Positions 42,145 through 57,530 of a DNA stretch of 64,000 nucleotides are shown piece by piece. How positions within the stretch are numbered: the stretch's first letter is position 1; each line of letters begins with the position of its first letter. Under the pieces are notes generated by a model, which was not told the DNA's origin, did no database searches, and saw only the letters and a program-made list of their open reading frames with translations. The stretch is from positions 1 to 64,000 of the forward strand of contig NIVC01000688.1 of assembly GCA_002269645.1 (NCBI GenBank), in the 5' to 3' direction. Source of the stretch: Macrostomum lignano. Its lineage: Eukaryota. The position numbers and the translations under genes are program-made.

Positions 42145-44271
42145 CAACTTAGCCAGCCACTGTATCGGATATCTAATGCGCCACAATATTTAAATCGAGT
42201 GAAATAATTTATGGTACAGCAATTAGGCTTCTAACATGAGTGCTGCATTCAGGCCTTGGCCCCATAATGCTAAGCAGGACGCAATTAATTAACCAACCAT
42301 TATGAGCAAATTCTCACTTATAAATTTTATTTACTTTCACCTGCGCATTTGATAATCAGTGGCCTCTGCAACATGATTTTAAAATCTTTATGGTTCAGAG
42401 TGATGATTTTAAATGCAGTCAGATTGAATAATTAACAATAAATTCTGTCTCACAGAAGATGCCAGTCAGCATTTCAAACCCAGCCGCTCAATCCCACACC
42501 GCAGAGAGGAGGAGTGGAACACGGTGTCAACTTACGCAAGAGACGAGGAATTCACTGACGGTTTCCATGGCAACAATGGTTGGAGCGAGCGGAGGGCGCA
42601 GCAGCCGCCCGAGCCTTCAGCAGCCGGTCGGCGGGTCATCGACCTGACGGGCGGTGAGACGGCCGCCGCCGCCGCTGACTCAGCTCAGGATGATGAGGAT
42701 GAGTTCGCTGACTTTCAGTCGGCAGCTGCAGTCACCGAGTTGGATGGGGGCGGACAGCGGCATCAGCAGCACCTGCTCTGGGCTGCTGCACCTGCTGCTG
42801 GTGCTGACGACCTGCTGGAGCTCGGGCAGTCGGCCTCGAGTGACACTGCAGCTGCTGCCGGCTGTGATGGGTGAGCGATGGGTGGGTGATGGGTGCTGTG
42901 AGTGTGACTGCTGTGAGTGTGAATGCTGTGAGTGTGACTGCTGTGAGTGTGAATGCTGTGAGTGTGACTGCTGTGAGTGTGAATGCTGTGAATTTGACTG
43001 CTGAGTGTGACTGCTGTGAGTGTGAATGCTGTGAGTGTGACTGCTGTGAGTATGAATGCTGTGAGTGTGACTGCTGTGAGTGTGAATGCTGTGAGTGTGA
43101 CTGCTTACAGTGTGAATGCTGTGAGTGTGACTGCTGTGAGTGTGACTGCTGTGAGTGTGAATGCTGTGAGTGTGAATGCTGTGAGTGTGACTGCTTACAG
43201 TGTGAATGCTGTGAGTGTGACTGCTGTGAGTGTGACTGCTGTGAGTGTGAATGCTGTGAGTGTGAATGCTGTGAGTGTGACTGCTTACAGTGTGAATGCT
43301 GTGAGTGTGACTGCTGTGAGTGTGAATGCTGTGAGTGTGAATGCTGTGAGTGTGACTGCTGTGAGTGTGAATGCTGTGAGTGTGACTGCTGTGAGTGTGA
43401 ATGCTGTGAGTGTGAATGCTGTGAATTTGACTGCTTACAGTGTGAATGCTGTGACTGTGAATGCCAACCCCCAATTCCAGAGCCGGTCTCATGCCGGGAG
43501 ACGCTGATTTTTTTGCTGCCGTCAGGACGCCGCCTCCATCCGCCCCGGTGGCTTCAGCAGCCGCTGGCAGAGACCTGGACTTGCTCACAGATTTGGACTT
43601 TAGCGGCTCTCACAGTCAGGCTGGCTGGCTGGGAATGACTCCGATGAAGGCGGAGCCTCTGCAGCCTCCTCCGATGCGGCCTGTTGGTGAGCCGCTCTTG
43701 TGCTGTGTCTGCTTTCAGACTGGCTCTTGTGCTGTGTCTGCTTTCAGACTGGCTCTTGTGCTGTGTCTGCTTTCAGACTGGCTCTTGTGCTGTGTCAGCT
43801 TTCAGACTGGCTCTTGTGCTGTGTCTGCTTTCAGACTGGCTCTTTCTTGTGCTGTGTCTGCTTTCAGACTGGCTCTTGTGCTGTGTCTGCTTTCAGACTG
43901 GCTCTTGTGCTGTGTCTGCTTTCAGACTGGCTCTTGTGCTGTGTCTGCTTTCAGACTGGCTCTTGTGCTGTGTCTGCTTTCAGACTGGCTCTTGTGCTGT
44001 GTCTGCTTTCAGACTGGCTCTTGTGCTGTGTCTGCTTTCAGACTGGCTCTTGTGCTGTGTCTGCTTTCAGACTGACTCCCCAACCTCCCCATACTCAGCA
44101 GCCGCCCCTCAGCAGCTGCTCAGCCCCGGCAGCCCCGGAAGGGTGAACTGGTCGGGCACCCAGCAGCAGCAGCGGCAGGCAGCTGGAGCCCCGCCATCCC
44201 GCCAGCCGGTGTCTCCCGCCCTGCAGAGCAGAGCAGACTTGGCGTTTGCCGATCTGGTGAAGCTGAAATAG
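38145..44271 (+). CDS. CLINT1: Clathrin interactor 1 / epsinR (ENTH domain); exon 1 not located
   Basis: Exons 38145-38346, 38600-38738, 40213-40558, 42505-42870, 43481-43682 or 43686, and 44042 or 44071 to 44271. ENTH motif TNVVMNYTEVEAKVREATNDDAWG...SLLLLNYLIRHGSERVV. The tail has acidic-Phe/Leu motifs (DEFADF, DADFF, DLL). Confidence 0.9.
38745..38998. repeat. CACTGCT/CATGCT-type short repeats at the start of a CLINT1 intron
   Basis: Direct read immediately after the GTGAGA donor. Confidence 0.8.
39045..40200. repeat. 21-bp minisatellite AATAAACCGTCACTGAGCCCC
   Basis: About 55 units ending about 11 nt before the acceptor at 40211-12. Confidence 0.95.
40567..40977. repeat. 41-bp minisatellite
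   Basis: GCCTTCTGTGTGCATTCTTCACACCTGCTGCCGGAATTGCA about 10 times, beginning about 8 nt into the intron after the donor at 40559. Confidence 0.95.
41345..41858. repeat. 25-bp minisatellite CTGCAGTGCTCACTGTGCTCAAACA
   Basis: About 20 units. Confidence 0.93.
42029..42143. repeat. (TCTG)n microsatellite
   Basis: Direct read. Confidence 0.95.
42890..43465. repeat. 15-bp minisatellite GCTGTGAGTGTGA(A/C)T
   Basis: About 38 units filling the intron 42871-43480. Confidence 0.95.
43697..44070. repeat. 29-bp minisatellite ACTGGCTCTTGTGCTGTGTCTGCTTTCAG
   Basis: About 13 units. The last AG of the array abuts the terminal CLINT1 coding sequence. Confidence 0.95.
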
Positions 44272-44819
44272 CGGCTGCCCCTGACTGAGTCGCACTGGAA
44301 TTATTGATATGAATTTATATTAGAATTACTCAATATTGAATGAGCATCTGGTCACTGCTGTGTTTTGTTTACTGCTTGTCTCCGGCTGTCAAAATCACCT
44401 CGCAACTGCTACTCACAGTACTCACAATACCTGTCTGACCTTCCAGTGTCCCTGCTGTTATTAATGCACTGACTGTTGTGACTGCCCAGTTCAGTATATA
44501 AAGTGCATCTGACTACTGTGAGTAGCTTTGCTTTAAATGAAACCAAATAAATTTATTCCAATGCTGCTTTTGTTAGTCTTCATTTCGATGGGTATTAAAT
44601 GTACTTTTATTTATTGCTGTCTGTTAGTTGAAACTGCTGTCAATTTAAATTTGTTTTACTGCACCAGAGTAAATTCATTATTGATGAGGTCAGTGATTTC
44701 AGTTATGTCTGTCAGTTGAGTTTAAACCGACCAATCTGCACAGATGCAAACTGCCTGATCTGGTGCTGCTGCCTGCTTTGTTCTGGTTTTTATTTTTTGT
44801 TTTACTGGTCTGGCCACTT

Positions 44820-45420
44820 AGTCAGCTAAAACTCCCACTCACTCAGCTAAAAATCCACAAACTCAGCTAAAAATGCCACTCACTCAGCTAAAAATCCACT
44901 CACTCAGCTAAAAATCCACTCACTCAGCTAAAAATCCACTCACTCAGCTAAAAATCCCACTCACTCAGCTAAAAATCCACTCACTCAGCTAAAAATCTCA
45001 CTCACTCAGCTAAAAATCCACTCACTCAGCTAAAAATCCACAAACTCAGCTAAAAATGCCACTCACTCAGCTAAAAATCCACTCAATCAGCTAAAAATCT
45101 CACTCGGCTAGGCTGAAAATGTCACTCACTTAGCTAAAAATCCACTCACTCAGCTAAAAATGCCACTAACTCAGCTAAAAATCCACCCACTCAGCTAAAA
45201 ATCCACTCACTCAGCTAAAAATGCCACTCACTCAGCTAAAAATGCCACTCTCCCAGCTAAAAATCTCACTCACTAGGCTAGGCTAAAAATGCCACTCACT
45301 CAGCTAAAAATCTCACTCACTCAGCTAAAAATCCACTCACTCAGCTAAAAATCCACAAACTCAGCTAAAAATTCCACTCACTCAGCTAAAAGTCCCAATC
45401 ACTCAGCTAAAATCCCAATC
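44820..45420. repeat. About 21-bp minisatellite CACTCACTCAGCTAAAAATC
   Basis: About 28 variable units downstream of CLINT1. Confidence 0.92.
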
Positions 45421-46044
45421 CATGTATTTCTGTTTCCCACTGTCGTCTCAGTCGCTGCTGAAGCCTTCAACCCAGGTGTTATTTTATTCAATCAGAGCTC
45501 AGCCTCTGTCTCAGGCTGATGGATTCCATCTGCTTATCAATGCTGCTCAGCCTTAGTGTCTCAGGCTGATGGATTCCATCTGCTTATCAATGCTGTTCAG
45601 CTTTTAGCAGTCATGCAGTTCTGCTGTTATTCACCTGTCAGAACAACTTTGCTTGGGACCCTGCATCCGTGATGGAGATGAACTGCTTAATGACTCTGAG
45701 GTGGATTTGAATTATCAAAGACAATCAGAAATGCCATTTTAGTGCTGCACACCATGCTTATGCAATAAGTATTGTCTCATTAGTGTAACTCTGATACAGG
45801 TTTGTTGTAATGAACCGTATTTTTATTTACATTGTGGAATGAATATGTTTTAAATTTTAATTTTAATTGTCTAGTAGATTATTGATCCTTTTTAGTTATT
45901 TAAGATTTTATTAATAACCAAATACATGAGTTCCTGCAGTCGGATGGCATCTGTTATAACGCTAGCGAACAACGCTATCTACTCTTGTGATTTGCATAAT
46001 TTCATTTGTAATATTAGCTAATAGATGGACAGGCAGCCTGTAAT

Positions 46045-46144
46045 CTAGTCAGACAGCATCACAGATCTAGTCAGACACCATCACAGATCTAGTCAGACAC
46101 CATCTCAGATCTAGTCAGACACCATCACAGATCTAGTCAGACAC
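46045..46144. repeat. 22-bp repeat TAGTCAGACACCATCACAGATC
   Basis: 4-5 units. Confidence 0.85.
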
Positions 46145-46189
46145 TTTTGCTTTAATCACCGGCTCAACTGCTAGTCCTTCCAGCTGATT

Positions 46190-48850
46190 CTGTAGTTCGG
46201 CCCGCTACTCGGTTTTGCGGGTACCAGTATCCCATAGCAATTTGGGTTGTCTCCTGCAGTCTCTGTCGATCCTGACTGCACAGAACTTTTGACTAGGCAT
46301 CAGGAAGTAGGAGCGACAACCTTGTTCTGACAGTTCTGCCAAACAACACTTCCGAAGGCGTCTTGCCCGTTGTGCTGTGCGGTGTCGTCCTAGCACGCCA
46401 CAGAAAGTTTGAAAGCTGTTTTAGCATGTCAGGATCATTGGAAGCTTTTAAAGCCTTTTTGACTTGCTTGAGCATGTTTTCTGCCAAGCCATTTGATCTC
46501 GGATGTCCAGGGCTGCTCAGCGAATGCCGGATTCCAGTTTGCCTAAGGAACTCCTTAAATTGGTAGAATGTAAACAGAGAGCCATTGTCCGAGTGAAGCA
46601 CTCGACACAATCAAAGTCTTGCGAAAATCTGCCCTAGACACCGAACTGTTCTCCGACGTCGCATTCTTCATTGAAACCACTTCGGGAAATTTACTCGTTG
46701 CATCAGCAACCACCAGAAACATCCATGATCTGTATGGCCCTAAGAAATCTGTGATTCCGAGTCCACGGAGTAGTTGGCCAGGTCAGTGCGCTCAATGGTG
46801 CTTCAGGAGTGCTTGACCTCTGCAGCTGACATCCGCGACAATTGCTTACACTGTCCTCAATGTCTTGATCGATTCTGGGCCACCAGTAGTGCATCCTCGC
46901 CCTTGACTTTGTAAGCACAATGTCTAGGTGTCCCTCGTGCAATTCTTGCAGAAACAGTCTGCAGAGCTCGGCAGGAATAAGCACACGCATCTCAAGCAGC
47001 AGCACACCAGCGACAATTCCGAGTTCATGTCTCTTGACTTGATGCCACAGGCGGCACTGGTCTTTTGGACTCGAAAATTGCCAGAAGCGGCTTGTCGTCA
47101 GTGACCAGGATGAAAGTTCGACCAAACAAGGTACTCGTGAAAGATTTTAAGTCCAAATATTATTGCCAAAGCCTCTTTTTTAATTTGGGCATAGTTTTTT
47201 TTTAGCAGCTGACAGTTGTTCTAAAAGCTAGAGATTCTAGAAAAAGGAGGTCAAGGTGAAGCACCAAATTCTAGCTTCATCTTCTTGGACGGATCATAGT
47301 GAGTTAGCACCTTGCTTGAGGTAAGTTGACCTTTGACTTGCTTGAACACGGATTCGTACTCGGCTGGCCAGTCGAAATCTTCTTATCGAAGTCGCAAGTG
47401 AAAGCAGTGTTTCAGAGTAGCCAGATTCTGAAGGAAATTCCCATAGTAATTTACCAGTCCAATCCAAGCCCTCAGCTCGGACACGTTACGTGGGCGTGGA
47501 ACCTCGTGGGTAGCTCTGATCTTGTCCTCAGTTGGGTGGATTCCCTTTTCGTCTTAAAATTGACTTGAAATCCGCACAGATTCTCACCGATTTGCTGTCC
47601 GTCTTAAGTAATGGTACAATTTTAGTAGCCCAGTCCGAATGAGTAATTGGTATGATGACACCCTGCTTCTCCAGGCGTTTCAGCTCAGTCTCCACTAGTG
47701 GTTTCAGGGCGAATGACATCGTGCGAGCTCTGCAAAATGTTGGCTTGCTCCCTTCCTTGATCTTGATCGTAGCCTTCACTCCTGTTATTTGGCCAATGTG
47801 TTCGTTGAAAACGTCTGAGTAGGTACGCAGAATCCCGTCCAGCTGACTGTTCTCCGGATCCGATACAACGTTCTTCTCTGCGCTTCGCGTTCCGAGGATC
47901 TGACTCGAACTTAGTTCAAGACACCCTGTCGCATCCAGTCTCTTCCAAGTAATTTGAACCATTGTTTGACACAGCAAGTATCGAAAGTTTTGCAATCTTA
48001 CCTAGGTACTCTACGAAAACACTACATTCACCCTTGGCCGTAATTTCTCTACCAAGGCAATGACCGTGCTTGGTATCACTCGGCTTTAAGTCTAGTCCGA
48101 GCGACTCTGCTGTCTCATCATCCAGGATGTTCCTTTCAGCCCCCGTGTCGACTTCAAAGTGAACCGGCTTTTTGTTAATCAAAACTTGTCCGAAGTAAGC
48201 AGGGTTGCTTCTGTTAAATACCCGATTATTGCTTGGTGGTGATGCCCTGGCTCCGTAACCTGCTTGTTGCGAAATCCTTTCAGAGCCACGGTAGATGTTC
48301 CTTCTTTCGACACTTCTTGCACTTTTTAATACGATGTGGGCAAGCATTTCTCAAATGATCTGGGTCAGAGCAACGGTAGCACCTGCGAGTACGTTTTGGC
48401 TTCTCCTTGTTCCTTCTCTGAATTGGCGCGTCTCAGTAGCGCGTCGAAAAGCCGGCTTCTGCTTCTGGAGCTGGTCGCTTCGAGTGTCAACTTTGTTCAC
48501 TGCCGGAGCCGATCCTTGGATGCTACGAGCGTTTTTTGTACGCATTCTCAATGACCTGGGCCTCCTCAACTGCGCGACTTTGAATGTCAAGTCGTCCTTT
48601 AGCAAATCCTTGAGCAATATAGCTCAGTTGCGGGGTAAACTGGTGCCGGAATGCAGTCAGTAGCTCCTCGTAGGAATTTTCTTTCCTCAGAATTAAGTCA
48701 GCCTCTTCTCCGATCAGGGTCAGCAGGTTGGCCTTTTTATCAGTGACTTTCTTGGCCGCAAGAGAACGCTCCAGCCCGCTCCTTGTACTCCTCCCAGTTC
48801 CGAGGGTTGCTGCAGTTGAATGGTTCGATAACAGGCCTAGTCGCCACTGT
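46190..48850 (-). mobile_element. Decayed, internally deleted Ty3/gypsy element (gag-PR-RT fragment-IN)
   Basis: PBS-like TGGCGAC at about 48840-48846 (minus). Protease FEVDTGAE, RT N-part IVPLLK...VRICADFK, integrase Zn region LHEGHL...YWWPRIDQDIE...C..C, and integrase core DNG...HPRSNGLAE. Many frameshifts. Confidence 0.88.
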
Positions 48851-49049
48851 TTTTGTTTTTATGTCGTATTTTGTCGGAGCTAGTCTATTGTAAACACAAA
48901 CTCGTAGGCTCGAAGCCTAACGAAAAAAATAGTAAAATGAATATTAAGCAGCCCGCAGCTTTCTGGGTACTTTAGCTCCCGCTAAGTCCGTAAACCATAA
49001 ACATAACCATAAACATAAAAGTGCATACATCACACACGGATCCAGTCAG

Positions 49050-49709
49050 ATGCCATCACGCCAAACCCCCACACCCCCACCCCAGGAGGACCCAGTCCAG
49101 TTTCGCGACCTTCACCACTTTGGCTGCTACTACAGCCTGGAGGACATTCTGGCTACAGGCGAACGGCTCAAGTGCGTCACCGGTGACGCGCTGCCCCGCC
49201 TGGCCGGGCTGGAGGTGGGCGGCGGTCACTCGGACGAAGACTTGCCAGCAGGAGTGAAGATCGAGCTGCCCTTATTCATGGTGTCGCACGTGTTTGTGCG
49301 CCTTCGGCAGGCCTGCTCGCTCCGCGTGGAGCCCCCGCGCTGCCTGACGGAGGCGCAGAAGAACATCTTCAGCGCTGACCCCACCGTGGTGAACCTGCGC
49401 CAGCTGTCGCCTCAGCTCTACCTGCAGGGCATGCACCTGCTGCTGCTGCCGGGGGCATCAAGGCCTGACATCGCCCACACCCTGTGCAAGCTGCTCAGGG
49501 GAAGAGTCTGCGCCATCATGGACCGAGCTCTGCACTCGCCGCTGAATGAGCACTGCTCAATTGTCAACATGCTGGACGACACCGAGATGCTGTTGTTTGG
49601 CATCGGCAGGGACACCGCCAGGAAGCTGCAGTGTTGGGACTCGGGGCGTCTGCACTCCATCACCGTGTCTGAGACTGTGCTCAGGCACCGAAAGAGGATG
49701 GAGCGGTGA
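49050..49709 (+). CDS. GINS3: GINS complex subunit 3 (Psf3), intronless, 219 aa
   Basis: Motifs YYSLEDILATGERL, KIELPLFM, IFSADPTVVNLRQL and C-terminal FQ/LQCW-like segment match the Psf3 pattern. Confidence 0.88.
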   Translation: MPSRQTPTPPPQEDPVQFRDLHHFGCYYSLEDILATGERLKCVTGDALPRLAGLEVGGGHSDEDLPAGVKIELPLFMVSHVFVRLRQACSLRVEPPRCLTEAQKNIFSADPTVVNLRQLSPQLYLQGMHLLLLPGASRPDIAHTLCKLLRGRVCAIMDRALHSPLNEHCSIVNMLDDTEMLLFGIGRDTARKLQCWDSGRLHSITVSETVLRHRKRMER

Positions 49710-49789
49710 CCTCCTGCTACCTGTGACTTCGGCTCACCGTCTCAGGCACCTCATTGAATCACTGCCTCAGGCACCTCACTGCCTCATAG

Positions 49790-49996
49790 ACACCCAACAC
49801 TCAGACACTCAGCACTCAGACATACAGCACTCAGACACCCAGCACTCAGACGCCCAGCACTCAGACATCCACCCTCAGACACCCAGCACTCAGACATCAA
49901 GCCCTCTGACATCCACCCTATGACACCCAGCACTCACGCACCCAGGCCTCAGTCACTCAGCACTCAGACATCCACTCTCAGACACCCAACACTCAG
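49790..49996. repeat. Degenerate CAGCACTCAGACACC repeats downstream of GINS3
   Basis: Direct read. Confidence 0.8.
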
Positions 49997-51139
49997 CCGT
50001 CAGTGCCCCCTATTAGTCATAATGGCTGCAATCCACATCATGTACTTTATAAGGGCCAATTCAAAGTCACGTGGTTCTGCTTGGCTCCAGAACGAACCTT
50101 CAACTCGCACTGCTCCGACTGTCTCCTGCTGCATGCATTTGCTCAAAGTCTGCTTCCCTTTGGATTTAGAATTTCTAAAGTAGGCATAAAAGGGGAAGAG
50201 TTTTACACCTTCTGCCCCACTTTCGCCTCTCTTATGCCTATTTTGTTCCACTTGTGCACTGCGTGTTCACCTGAGTGCCTCTGCAAGGTCAAAAGGTGAA
50301 TTTAAGGCACGAAATAGGCGGTAGGGGCACAGGTGTCACAGGGGAGTTGGGTGCATTAAAGGTGCACAGTGTGTATTGGAGGCGCAAAAAGTGGACAAAA
50401 GGTGCACAGTGGGCACTTTAGAAGCAATGCGAGGGGCGTTCCAACTTGTAAAAGTTCGTTGCTACTTTTCCTCACTAATGCGAAACTTTTCACTTTCAAC
50501 TTCACTTTCAATGAACTCATGTTCCATGCTGGTCTGCGCGCATTTGCTAGTCTCTGTGCTGCTTTTGCATGCCATTGTGCTGCTTCTTTTGTACGCCCTG
50601 TTCTGTGCTGTAACAGTCGTGGCTTTTCTAAATACAAATATACCTGACACTGTACCAATTTACATTTATTGCTATGGTTACAAATGTTCATTCACTTATT
50701 TGACAATAGCGTTCAACATTTCACACATAAGAACGACATGAGGACAGCCTGAGAAGGCATGTCCACAAAAATGAGAATTCCTTACAAACCTGCAGTCCTC
50801 TAAAATTCTGCAACATTTCTTCAAAATTCCATGAATTCCGTCAACTAAGTACTTGTCTCATTTGACCCGCAATCAGAGCTCAATCAGATTCAGGGCTGCT
50901 CAATGCACTGCTAATTCAAGTAGCCTCGCACTGATATTGCTGCAGTTCTTCCGTTCCATCAAATCTGCCAATAAAATCTGTTGCAGAGGCGGCCGCTGCC
51001 CTGCCGGACTCTGGGCTGAGCCGAGACACCTGCGACTGAGCTGATAGCCATGGCACAGCGAGGGAAACCACCATTTCCTGACGAAAGAGTAAGTAAAGAT
51101 CAAGTGAGAAAACCGAAACCATATTAAAATTTGTAGGCT

Positions 51140-52670
51140 TGATTGCAGCTGCAGGAACTCACATGTTTGAATGTGCAGCTTGGGTGCCTCAATTGCAGTT
51201 GCAGGAACTCACTCACATGTTTGAATGAGCAGCTTGGGTGACTCAATTGCAGCTGCAGGAACTCACTCACATGTTTGAATGTGCAGCTTGGGTGACTCAA
51301 TTGCAGCTGCAGGAACTCACTCACATGTTTGAATGAGCAGCTTGGGTGCCTCAATTGCAGTTGCAGGAACTCACTCACATGTTTGAATGAGCAGCTTGGG
51401 TGCCTCAATTGCAGTTGCAGGAACTCACTCACATGTTTGAATGTGCAGCTTGGGTGCCTCAATTGCAGTTGCAGGAACTCACTCACATGTTTGAATGTGC
51501 AGCTTGGGTGCCTCAATCGCAGTTGCAGGAACTCACATGTTTGAATGTGCAGCTTGGGTGCCTCAATTGCAGTTGCAGGAACTCACTCACATGTTTGAAT
51601 GTGCAGCTTGGGTGCCTCAATTGCAGTGGCATGAACTCACTCACATGTTTGAATGTGCAGCTTGGGTGCCTCAATTGCAGTTGCGGGAACTCACTCACAT
51701 GTTTGAATGTGCAGCTTGGGTGCCTCAATTGCAGTTGCAGGAAGTCACTCACATGTTTGAATGTGCAGCTTGGGTGCCTCAATTGCAGCTGCAGGAACTC
51801 ACTCACATGTTTGAATGTGCAGCTTGGGTGCCTCAATTGCAGTTGCAGGAACTCACTCACATGTTTGAATGTGCAGCTTGGGTGCCTCAATTGCAGTGGC
51901 ATGAACTCACTCACATGTTTGAATGTGCAGCTTGGGTGCCTCAATTGCAGTTGCGGGAACTCACTCACATGTTTGAATGTGCAGCTTGGGTGCCTCAATT
52001 GCAGTTGCAGGAAGTCACTCACATGTTTGAATGTGCAGCTTGGGTGCCTCAATTGCAGTTGCAGGAACTCACTCACATGTTTGAATGTGCAGCTTGGGTG
52101 CCTCAATTGCAGTTGCAGAAACTCACTCACATGTTTGAATGTGCAGCTTGGGTGCCTCAATTGCAGTTGCAGGAACTCACTCACATGTTTGAATGTGCAG
52201 CTTGGGTGCCTCAATTGCAGTTGCAGGAACTCACTCACATGTTTGAATGTGCAGCTTGGGTGCCTCAATTGCAGTTGCAGAAACTCACTCACATGTTTGA
52301 ATGTGCAGCTTGGGTGCCTCAATTGCAGTTGCAGGAACTCACTCACATGTTTGAATGTGCAGCTTGGGTGCCTCAATTGCAGTTGCAGGAACTCACTCAC
52401 ATGTTTGAATGTGCAGCTTGGGTGCCTCAATTGCAGCTGCAGGAACTCACTCACATGTTTGAATGTGCAGCTTGGGTGCCTCAATTGCAGTGGCATGAAC
52501 TCACTCACATGTTTGAATGTGCAGCTTGGGTGCCTCAATTGCAGCTGCAGGAACTCACTCACATGTTTGAATGTGCAGCTTGGGTGCCTCAATTGCAGTT
52601 GCAGGAACTCACTCACATGTTTGAATGTGCAGCTTGGGTGCCTCAATTGCAGTTGCAGAAACTCACTCAG
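51140..52670. repeat. 54-bp minisatellite filling ankyrin intron 1
   Basis: About 28 units (18-aa periodicity in all frames). The final unit ends in the acceptor ...actcactcAG. Confidence 0.95.
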
Positions 52671-52802
52671 CCGGACCCCACCAACCGGGCAAGCGTCGGA
52701 GACTCACCAGCCGATCTCCAGACTCTCGCCCATGACGTCATCCGAGGTGACTTCGGCAAGGTGCAACGGCTGGCAACGCGCCAGCTGGTCACCAGCGCTG
52801 AT

Positions 52803-56486
<3,684 letters not shown>

Positions 56487-56994
56487 CTACATCGAGCGGT
56501 GAGTGAGCAGTTCGCTGCTGTGTCCATAAAGTTTTGCAGCATTCGGCTGGGGTGGCCAGAGCTGCAGTCTCAGGCCAGCCAATCAGAGCCAGTCAGCTGA
56601 GCTTGTCTCTGTCTGACTGCTTGATGGACGAGAGCTGTGATTGGCTGGCTGCCTTCCAGCCAGATTGTATTAATTAGTTCATTTTTATTATCGGCGCCTT
56701 TTAACATGCAACTCTGTGCAGCTCTATATAACCCTAACCCTAACCACAGAAGCTTTTACCTTGAATATTTTATGCTTGACAAGTAAAAAGCATCTTTTTA
56801 TAGATTTCAATTTAACAGTCTGAATGGGCTGTATATTAATGGATATATTATAAATTAAATTGATAGATAGCAGCTTGACAGAGATTATATGGATAGATTG
56901 TAGTTTATTAAAAGGGATTTTGAAGAAGTTCACTCTCATGGAGTTCTGTTTCACAGAGAGGATTTCGATGGATTTGGCACCTTCAGTCAGTAGT

Positions 56995-57530
56995 CAGAGA
57001 AGAGAGAGTAAAGAGAAAAATAAAAAGAGAGGAAATGAGTGATGATAGAACAGATAGCGGGTATGAGAGAGGACAGATTAGAGATATTAGATAGAAGAGA
57101 AGAGGAGAGAGGTTAAAAGGGAGATATGAGATAGCAGAGAGGAGACAGAAGAGAGGAGAGGAGAAGAGAGGAGGGATAAGAGCGTACGAGGAAATAGAAG
57201 AGAGGAGAGAGTAGAGAAAGAAAAAGAGTAGATGTTAGATATGAGAGATGAGAGAGGAGAGGAGAGATGAGAGAGAGTAAGAAGATGAGGGAGAAGAGAT
57301 AAATAAGGGAGTAGCTAGCTGAGAGGAGAGATAAGTGAGAGGAGAAGTGAGGGAGGAGTAAAGAGGGCGATAAAAGATCAGAGATAAGAGAGTAGAGAGG
57401 AGAAAGAAGAGGGTAAAAATCAGAGCGCAGGACGCAGAGATAAGAGATGAAATATATGGCAGTAGAGATAAGAGTGGAGAGATGAGATACTAGAGATAAG
57501 AGAGCAAAGAGAGAGGATACCGAAGAGGCT
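56995..57530. repeat. AG-rich purine low-complexity tract in ankyrin intron 2
   Basis: Almost entirely A/G with no fixed unit. Confidence 0.85.

Noticed and set aside
48849-48897. Candidate 5' LTR of the second gypsy element (TG...CA next to the PBS)
   Set aside because: Only about 50 bp, and no matching 3' LTR was found near 45950-46190.
30960-52670. CRISPR-like appearance of regular 21-54-bp arrays
   Set aside because: The units are head-to-tail with no unique spacers, there are no cas genes, and the context is eukaryotic introns.
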